DNA from: an uncultured Christensenellaceae bacterium
GTDB taxonomy: Bacteria > Bacillota > Clostridia > Christensenellales > SZUA-584
Assembly (NCBI GenBank): GCA_964586785.1
Contig: CAZPHS010000002.1
Span: 74,502-138,501 of the forward strand
Direction: 5' to 3'
DNA: 64,000 nucleotides
Position numbers and translations under genes: made by a program. The first letter of the stretch is position 1, and each line of letters starts with the position of its first letter. Positions 58,538-64,000 of this stretch are shown piece after piece. The notes under the pieces were generated by a model. It saw only the letters and a list, made by a program, of their open reading frames with translations. It did no database searches and was not told where the DNA came from.

Positions 58538-58603
58538 TCCCCCGAGCTTGCTAATGCTCTGGCCGAGCTTATCAAGTAAGCTGCAAGAAAGCGCAAAATT
58601 CGT

Positions 58604-58667
58604 ATTAGCAGGGCTGCTAATTTTATTAGCTGGAACGCGAAAAACGGTTCGAATCCTGTTAGCAGCA
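58604..58667 (+). other. att-like / tRNA-fragment-like sequence (inverted repeat ATTAGCAG-GG-CTGCTAAT; GGTTCGAATCC T-loop motif; TAGCAGC complementary to GCTGCTA)
   Basis: Read directly. It is too short (54 nt between the acceptor-like arms, no anticodon arm) to be a functional tRNA. Confidence 0.35.
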
Positions 58668-58721
58668 AGTTAACTGTTATGCATGAGGATGCAAAGTGCA
58701 TTTTCAGGACAGAAAAGAAGT

Positions 58722-58764
58722 TTGAAAAAAGAGAAAAGCCGCAAAACTCTTTATTTTACGGCTT
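58722..58764 (-). terminator. Rho-independent terminator downstream of tRNA-Arg
   Basis: On the minus strand: AAGCCGUAAAA-UAAAGAG-UUUUGCGGCUU (11 bp including one G-U), followed by UUCUCUUUUUUC. Confidence 0.65.
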
Positions 58765-58765
58765 C

Positions 58766-58842
58766 TGGCGTTCCCGGCGCGATTCGAACGCGCGGCCTTT
58801 CGCTTAGGAGGCGAACGCTCTATCCTGCTGAGCTACGGGAAC
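58766..58842 (-). tRNA. tRNA-Arg (anticodon CCT), CCA encoded
   Basis: The reverse complement GTTCCCGTAGCTCAGCAGGATAGAGCGTTCGCCTCCTAAGCGAAAGGCCGCGCGTTCGAATCGCGCCGGGAACGCCA folds into a perfect cloverleaf (7/4/5/5-bp stems). The anticodon loop is CTCCTAA. Confidence 0.95.
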
Positions 58843-58958
58843 AAGTTATTCATCGAGTTAGTATGCGGCCGCTTCGTTCCGCCAGGCTGCGCGAATTTAA
58901 TAAACGCGCTTTCGCGTACGCCTTGATATTTTACAAACAAACATGCAAAAAGTCAACG

Positions 58959-60317
58959 TCAGTTTCTGATGCCCGCAAGCGGCGCGGGAATGCGTCCTCC
59001 CCTTTCTATAAGCCGCTCGCAGCCGTATTTTCCCACATCCATAACCACCGCGCGTCCAAGAAGCCCGCCGTAGTCTACGCACTGTCCCACTTTGGCATTT
59101 GGTATGGGTATAATACGCACGCCCGTTGTTTTAGCGTTAACCACACCTATTGCCGCCTCGTCAGCGATTATAGCCGAAAGCACGGATTCCGGCGTGTCTC
59201 CCGGGACCGCCACCATATCAAGCCCTACCGAGCAAACGGCAGTCATCGCCTCAAGCTTGGAAAGGGAAAGCGCGCCCTTTTTAACGGCTTCTATCATTCC
59301 CTCGTCTTCACTTACCGGTATAAACGCTCCGGAAAGACCGCCAACATGCGATGACGCCATCATACCGCCTTTTTTTACGGCGTCGTTAAGCAGCGCGAGG
59401 GCGGCGGTGGTGCCGTGCATTCCGCATACATCGACGCCTATTTCCTCAATAATGCGCGCGACGCTGTCTCCTATTGCGGGGGTAGGCGCGAGTGACAAAT
59501 CAACAATTCCAAAAGGCACTCCCAGACGCCGCGAGGCTTCCCTGGCGACAAGCTGGCCGACGCGCGTCACCCGGAAAGCCGTTTTCTTAACAGTTTCCGC
59601 TACAATATCAAAGCTGGCTCCTTTTACCTTCTCCAGCGCGGCTTTTACAACTCCCGGCCCGCTTACGCCAACGTTTATTGCGCATTCGGGTTCTCCGGCG
59701 CCGCAGAAAGCGCCCGCCATAAATGGATTGTCTTCTATTGCGTTAGCAAAAACAACAAGCTTAGCGCAGCCGATGCCGCCGTCATTTTTCGTCATCTGCG
59801 CGGTTTGCTTTATAACACGCCCCATTTTTGCCACAGCGTCCATATTGATACCTGTTCGGGTGCTTGCCACATTGACAAACGAACATACGCGATCCGTCGA
59901 CGACAACGCCAAAGGGATAGAGGATAAAAGCGCCGTATCGCTTTGCGTTTCTCCTTTATGCACAAGAGCGCCAAAGCCGCCGATAAAATTAACGCCCGTA
60001 TCCTTGGCCGCTTGATCAAGCGCTAGCGCAAAAACAGTGTAGTCGTCAAGCCCGCTGCCGGCCGCGATCTCGGATATCGGCGTTACCGATATTCTTTTAT
60101 TAACTATTGGCACGCCGTATTCGCGTTCAATATCGTCGCCTACACGCACAAGGTTTTTAGCTTTTGAATAAATCTTATGCTTTATTTTTTCGCAGCATGT
60201 TTTTGCATTCTCGCTTACACAATCACGAAGAGATATGCCCATCGTTATGGTACGCACATCAAGGTTTTCGGTATCTATCATTTTTATGGTGTCAAGCACC
60301 TCGCGTTTAGAAATCAA
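58959..60317 (-). CDS. UPF0210 (DUF711, PFL-like) family protein
   Basis: [32 protein letters not shown] is the characteristic UPF0210 N-terminus. A TTG start at 60317 lies 7 nt after GGAGGA and gives about 452 aa; the ORF track extends to 60386. Confidence 0.85.
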   Translation of the reverse strand: MISKREVLDTIKMIDTENLDVRTITMGISLRDCVSENAKTCCEKIKHKIYSKAKNLVRVGDDIEREYGVPIVNKRISVTPISEIAAGSGLDDYTVFALALDQAAKDTGVNFIGGFGALVHKGETQSDTALLSSIPLALSSTDRVCSFVNVASTRTGINMDAVAKMGRVIKQTAQMTKNDGGIGCAKLVVFANAIEDNPFMAGAFCGAGEPECAINVGVSGPGVVKAALEKVKGASFDIVAETVKKTAFRVTRVGQLVAREASRRLGVPFGIVDLSLAPTPAIGDSVARIIEEIGVDVCGMHGTTAALALLNDAVKKGGMMASSHVGGLSGAFIPVSEDEGMIEAVKKGALSLSKLEAMTAVCSVGLDMVAVPGDTPESVLSAIIADEAAIGVVNAKTTGVRIIPIPNAKVGQCVDYGGLLGRAVVMDVGKYGCERLIERGGRIPAPLAGIRN

Positions 60318-60478
60318 ATTTACGTCCTCCGTACATTGAAGCTTAGCGGTATTATAAACTACCATAAATTTTTGCGCAAATATCAATAGCGATTACGTCA
60401 ACCCGCCGTTGGGGCAAATAGCCGGCGTATATCCACGCGTATTTTTTTATATGGGAGTTTTTACGGTTTATTTTTGCC

Positions 60479-60506
60479 TTGCATTTTCGCGCGGATATGA
60501 TAAAAT
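60479..60506 (+). promoter_or_regulatory. Candidate promoter with extended -10 (TTGCAT, 16-nt spacer, TGaTAAAAT) for the lipoprotein/ECF-S/NPP operon
   Basis: TTGCATtttcgcgcggatatgaTAAAAT. It would give a leader of about 180 nt. Confidence 0.5.
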
Positions 60507-60695
60507 ATATTAAAAGTAAATAACTGCTTTGAGCTAACGCGCCTAAAGCTTTTCGGCCAAGGACGTTAGCCGGGGTATATCCGGAAACAGATATGCCTTC
60601 CGTGTTTGAAAAGAAGCATAATGCAATGCGTCTCTTTTCATATGCAAAAACAGGGGCGTTTTTTTGCGCCCAAAAATGAAAAGGAGAACAAACAA

Positions 60696-61769
60696 ATGAA
60701 AAGACAACTATGTACGGTATTGTCGGTGCTGATGCTGTTAGCGGCGCTGTCCGGCTGTGTACAGGAAGAGACTCCAAAGACGGGGCTGGCCGCGGATTTT
60801 GCGGTGGAAATTTCGGGCGAAGGCGTTGAAATTACACTAACGGCCGCCGATATGCAGGCGCGGGAACAAGAAACAATAACATGTACTAACATTGAATCAA
60901 GCGGCAATGTGAACGAGGTTACGGTTTCGGGTTTTTCGCTCCGAAAAGTTCTTGACGAAAACGGTATAGTAATGGACGGGCTTGCGTCCATTAACCTTAT
61001 AGCCGCCGACGGTTATTCTATAATTGTACCGTCCGAATATTACGCGGAATCGGATGTATACATACTGCTTAGTTTTGAGGGCGATAATCTTGAGCATCCG
61101 AGAAGCTGTCTGCCGGACCAACGCGCCATGTACTGGGTTAGGGATTTAATCAAGATTGAGCTTATGGGCAAAAATACGGTTGATGAAACCCAAAAAGATA
61201 TTGTCAGCCGCATAGATATTTTCCGCGAAGGCGTAAAAGAGCTTAACGCCGTAACGCTAAGCTATATGGACTTGCGGATTCCGGCGTATTCCCTGAAAGA
61301 ATACTGCGAAAAATATGATATAAGCCTTCCGCAAAACACAGTGACGCTAAGAGCGAGAGACGGATATGAAAAAGTTGAAACCGCGGAATCCTTTTTGGAC
61401 AATTATGTAGCGCTCGAATCAGACAACGCGGACGATTTGCCTTTCTATTTTTCTGAAGAAATGAAAAGCGGTATGAGCGTTAAGCAACTGGAATATGTGA
61501 TTTGCGGGGGCAATGCGGTTTACTTCGGATTTGAAACAAGCGTTTCCGGCCTTTTTGAAGCGATGGGCATGGCTAAAGCCGATACATACATATTTACGGC
61601 AGGCGACGGTTTCGAAGTTAATATTCCGTACGACGCGATAGAATTTGGAAAAATATATGCCGATGAGAAAGAGGGCTTTATACGCGCCGAATTCGAAGGC
61701 TATGATTTTGGGGGCGCGAAAGGCGGCGGTAAGGTTAAATATCTTGTTTCTATAAAAGCCGCGCAATAG
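60696..61769 (+). CDS. Lipoprotein with three copies of a roughly 100-aa module (DG[YF]-containing, molybdopterin-oxidoreductase-fold-like)
   Basis: AAGGAG SD. MKRQLCTVLSVLMLLAALSGC lipobox. Recurring AADGYSIIVPSEY / ARDGYEKVETAESF / AGDGFEVNIPYDAI. Confidence 0.75.
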   Translation: MKRQLCTVLSVLMLLAALSGCVQEETPKTGLAADFAVEISGEGVEITLTAADMQAREQETITCTNIESSGNVNEVTVSGFSLRKVLDENGIVMDGLASINLIAADGYSIIVPSEYYAESDVYILLSFEGDNLEHPRSCLPDQRAMYWVRDLIKIELMGKNTVDETQKDIVSRIDIFREGVKELNAVTLSYMDLRIPAYSLKEYCEKYDISLPQNTVTLRARDGYEKVETAESFLDNYVALESDNADDLPFYFSEEMKSGMSVKQLEYVICGGNAVYFGFETSVSGLFEAMGMAKADTYIFTAGDGFEVNIPYDAIEFGKIYADEKEGFIRAEFEGYDFGGAKGGGKVKYLVSIKAAQ

Positions 61770-61824
61770 CCAGACTGTCCGCGCATGTTGGCAATAGTGA
61801 AAAAATGATTGATACGGTGGATAT

Positions 61825-62451
61825 ATGAATAGCCAGGAAAAAAAGTTACGCGGCAAGCTGTCCGATTATATTATTTTAGCGATGATGGCGGCCATGGGAA
61901 TCGCTATTAAGACGATTATAGTGCCGCTTGCCCAAATAATTACCGGACCGCTGTTTATACCGGGGGGCGTGGCGGCCGGCGGCTTTTATATGGCTTTTCT
62001 CGTACTCGGCAAGGCCATTACAAAAAGACGGTTTGCCGCAACAACAATAGCGCTTATACAGGCGGTGGTTGTGACAATAACAGGAACAATGGGCTCGCAC
62101 GGGGCGGCCAGTCTTTTTACATACACTCTTCCCGGAATAGCGACCGATATTTTATTTTTGCTGATTCGTCACAAGGCGTGCTGCGCACTGTGTTGTTTTT
62201 TGGGCGGAGCAACAGCAAATGTAACAGGAAGCTTTGCCGTAAACCTTGCAATATTCAATCTGTCCTTCGTGCCTTTAATGCTGGCTCTTTGTGCGGCCGC
62301 GCTCTTTGGCGGATTAGGCGGGCTTGTGGCAAACGCTATAGCGGTCAATATAAGAAAGCTTGACATACTTGCCAAGCCATGCCCGCCCGCCCCCATGGCG
62401 AGTGAAAATAAATTAACGCATATAAAAGGGGAACGAAATGAGACACGCTAG
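61825..62451 (+). CDS. ECF-transporter S-component-like small membrane protein (substrate unknown)
   Basis: About 208 aa with five or six TM helices and an LSDYIILAMMAAMGIAIKTI N-terminal pattern typical of ECF S components. No A/T energising genes nearby. Confidence 0.6.
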   Translation: MNSQEKKLRGKLSDYIILAMMAAMGIAIKTIIVPLAQIITGPLFIPGGVAAGGFYMAFLVLGKAITKRRFAATTIALIQAVVVTITGTMGSHGAASLFTYTLPGIATDILFLLIRHKACCALCCFLGGATANVTGSFAVNLAIFNLSFVPLMLALCAAALFGGLGGLVANAIAVNIRKLDILAKPCPPAPMASENKLTHIKGERNETR

Positions 62452-63913
62452 GCGCATTGGTTTTATACTTGCCGTTACTGTTTTGATTATGGGCTCTTTG
62501 TCGTGTTCAGCGTCGTATACGCCGCACAGCGCATTTGTAAAGCCATCGCTTATTATAACGGGCGACGTGCAAAACGAGCTTATTCTCACGGACTTTTCAC
62601 ATTATATAGAAATCAAAACCACTTATAACGATGAGCCTGCATCCGCCATTTCTTTGCTTAGCGTTCTAAAAGACGCTGTTCCTGCGGGGAAAGACATATC
62701 GCTATTTTTTGTTTCGCCCGACGGGGCAATGGCGCAAATACCATATTGCGAAATAGATAAAGACAGTTTGCTTTTGCTTACCGACGAAAACGGCTGGCAG
62801 TTTTATTCGCAAAAGCATCCGAAGCAATCTCGCATAAGGAACATGGACAAGATAGTTGTTTGCGCAAAAGAGCCGATTGCCGGACAGAAATGTTTTAGTA
62901 TGATTTACGGCGAGCAATCGCTTACATTTACTCTTGGAGAATTGTTTACCGAAAACGCGTTTTTACAATCTGTTTTCGAAGGTCAGGCGAAAATGGATGA
63001 ATGGACGACAAACGTTTACGCGAAGCGCGCGCTTATTCCGCTTGCTCAATATGCAAAGCGGTTGGACGCGGAGAATTTTAGCGGCGCTGCAGCATACTTT
63101 GGCGACGGTTCTCAGTACATAATAGAATTGGACGGTTATTTGGAATGGCGGGGCAACTCGCTCGATTATTTGGCATCGGATAAAAAATCAAGAAAAAAAG
63201 ATATTATAGGCGTTTGGATTGACGCGCCCAAAGGTTCCGTTACGGATATCGCGTCCTTTGCGCTTGAAAGATTAAATGACGGCAATGTGCTGATAATACT
63301 TCTTGACGGAGCGGGTTATTATAATCTTTTAGAGCATTCCCCCGAATTTTTAAACAGTCAGGATATAACTCCCATAAGAACGGTTATGCCGTCCATATCA
63401 AATGTGGCGTTGGCCGCTATTGTTACGGGAGAAACGCCCGCTGTTAACGGTGTAAAAGAAAGAAAGGACAGAAGCCTGCTCGCTGACGACATATTTAAAA
63501 CAGCGGCTGATTTAGGTTATAAATGCGGGGTGGCGGAAGGTTCAACGCGGTTGATATCGCTTAGCATTGAGCAGACTTTAAATACCGATACCGACGGCGA
63601 TGGCTATACCGATTCCGAAGTGCAAAAATCTGCATTTAATATGATAAATGAAGGCGCAAAGCTCTTGTTTGTGCATTTTCATGGGTTTGACGATGCGGCG
63701 CATACTTTTGGTCCGTCGTCTTCAAAGGCCGCCGCTAAGCTTTATGAGCTTGATGAATATGTTTTGGCGCTGTGCTCCGCCTTTAACGGTACGGTTATTA
63801 TTACCGCCGATCACGGGCAGCATTCAACCATAGGCGAAGATAGAGCGGGCGGTCACGGAGAGTTTTTGCCGCGGGATATGACGGTACCTTTAATAATAAT
63901 TGAGGCGGAATGA
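62438..63913 (+). CDS. Extracytoplasmic alkaline-phosphatase-superfamily enzyme, nucleotide pyrophosphatase/phosphodiesterase (NPP) type, with an N-terminal DG-module
   Basis: Signal/lipoprotein-like N-terminus (LIMGSLSC). LIILLDGAGYY, VMPSISNVALAAIVTGETP, HFHGFDDAAHTFGP and ITADHGQH match NPP metal and nucleophile motifs. Overlaps the S-component gene by 14 nt. Confidence 0.8.
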   Translation: MRHARRIGFILAVTVLIMGSLSCSASYTPHSAFVKPSLIITGDVQNELILTDFSHYIEIKTTYNDEPASAISLLSVLKDAVPAGKDISLFFVSPDGAMAQIPYCEIDKDSLLLLTDENGWQFYSQKHPKQSRIRNMDKIVVCAKEPIAGQKCFSMIYGEQSLTFTLGELFTENAFLQSVFEGQAKMDEWTTNVYAKRALIPLAQYAKRLDAENFSGAAAYFGDGSQYIIELDGYLEWRGNSLDYLASDKKSRKKDIIGVWIDAPKGSVTDIASFALERLNDGNVLIILLDGAGYYNLLEHSPEFLNSQDITPIRTVMPSISNVALAAIVTGETPAVNGVKERKDRSLLADDIFKTAADLGYKCGVAEGSTRLISLSIEQTLNTDTDGDGYTDSEVQKSAFNMINEGAKLLFVHFHGFDDAAHTFGPSSSKAAAKLYELDEYVLALCSAFNGTVIITADHGQHSTIGEDRAGGHGEFLPRDMTVPLIIIEAE

Positions 63914-63915
63914 TA

Positions 63916-64000
63916 ATGAAAAAAATAAAAAGAGGAACACTTATTGTTATTGCATGTATATTGCTGCTCACTGTTGCGGTGGCTGTATTTGCGATTGTTG
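63916..64000 (+). CDS. Start of a further exported/membrane protein (3' end outside the window)
   Basis: The ATG is 2 nt after the NPP stop. MKKIKRGTLIVIACILLLTVAVAVFAIV looks like a signal or anchor sequence. Confidence 0.4.
   Translation, partial: MKKIKRGTLIVIACILLLTVAVAVFAIV

Noticed and set aside
58604-58667. A possible second tRNA gene (GGTTCGAATCC T-loop motif with complementary acceptor-like arms GCTGCTA/TAGCAGC).
   Set aside because: Only 54 nt lie between the arm ends. There is no anticodon arm, the D-arm does not pair, and the T-stem pairs at only 3 of 5 positions. It is kept as an att-like or tRNA-fragment feature, not as a tRNA.
58683-59354. A 223-aa plus-strand ORF spanning the tRNA-Arg region.
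   Set aside because: It runs antisense through a perfect tRNA gene and then through the 3' end of UPF0210, so it cannot be a genuine CDS.
59092-60015. A 307-aa plus-strand ORF, the longest unassigned ORF in the track.
   Set aside because: It lies entirely antisense within the UPF0210 gene. Its A/S/T/P-rich low-complexity translation is typical of the reverse frame of a real gene. It has no SD or recognisable domain.
60507-60695. Tried to assign the leader to a known riboswitch class (TPP, FMN, THF, preQ1, cobalamin, guanidine).
   Set aside because: None of the invariant core sequences I know for these classes, such as CUGAGA...ACCUGAU for TPP or the FMN AGGAUAGU/GGGCAG elements, is present. 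It is reported only as an unclassified structured leader.
60352-60777. A 141-aa minus-strand ORF in the UPF0210/lipoprotein intergenic region. It might have been the ACT-domain UPF0237 partner that usually precedes UPF0210.
   Set aside because: The translation shows no ACT-domain pattern (no MKAIITV..GKDRVGIV-like start). It overlaps the lipoprotein signal-peptide region antisense. There is no SD.
1-64000. Looked for CRISPR arrays, rRNA genes, IS elements or transposases, toxin-antitoxin pairs and recognisable anti-phage defence genes.
   Set aside because: I saw no regularly spaced short repeats. I saw no transposase (DDE or serine) or restriction/Abi/CBASS-type signature motifs in any long ORF. 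The only mobile-element trace is the truncated integrase.

Overview
The window looks like a chromosomal segment from a Gram-positive anaerobe. The gene content is Clostridia-like: class B sortase, DnaD/DnaI-type helicase loaders, CinA, YerC-PcrA-LigA synteny, UPF0210, and an LplABC-type sugar ABC system.

The left half (1-32 kb) is mostly housekeeping. It carries murA, a srtB plus surface-protein cassette, DnaD-domain and DnaI-like loaders, pepF, cinA, glmM, trxB, an S41 protease, yerC-pcrA-ligA, glutamate dehydrogenase, an LCP protein, murC, purR and a glycerol-1-phosphate-dehydrogenase-like gene.

The right half starts with AraC-xylA-xylB. It is followed by a 21.5-kb co-directional minus-strand polysaccharide utilisation locus:
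- LacI regulator
- GH94-like phosphorylase
- a three-repeat tail-anchored surface protein
- two permeases, a lipoprotein solute-binding protein and YesL
- a secreted GH5
- GH31 alpha-xylosidase, GH42 beta-galactosidase, GH29 alpha-fucosidase and GH43

This enzyme set matches xyloglucan. The locus abuts a truncated tyrosine-integrase remnant and tRNA-Arg(CCT).

The right end holds UPF0210 and an uncharacterised operon: lipoprotein, ECF-type S component, extracytoplasmic nucleotide-pyrophosphatase/AlkP-family enzyme, and more beyond the window. This operon has a long structured leader.

Most worth following up:
- the xyloglucan-type locus and its unclassified repeat protein
- a pair of near-identical palindromic operators bracketing a consensus promoter
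- a 23-bp perfect direct repeat flanking the sortase cassette
- the lipoprotein/ECF-S/NPP operon with a shared repeated module

I recognised no CRISPR array, rRNA, intact mobile element or known defence system. All calls rest on motif recognition by eye; no database searches were run.
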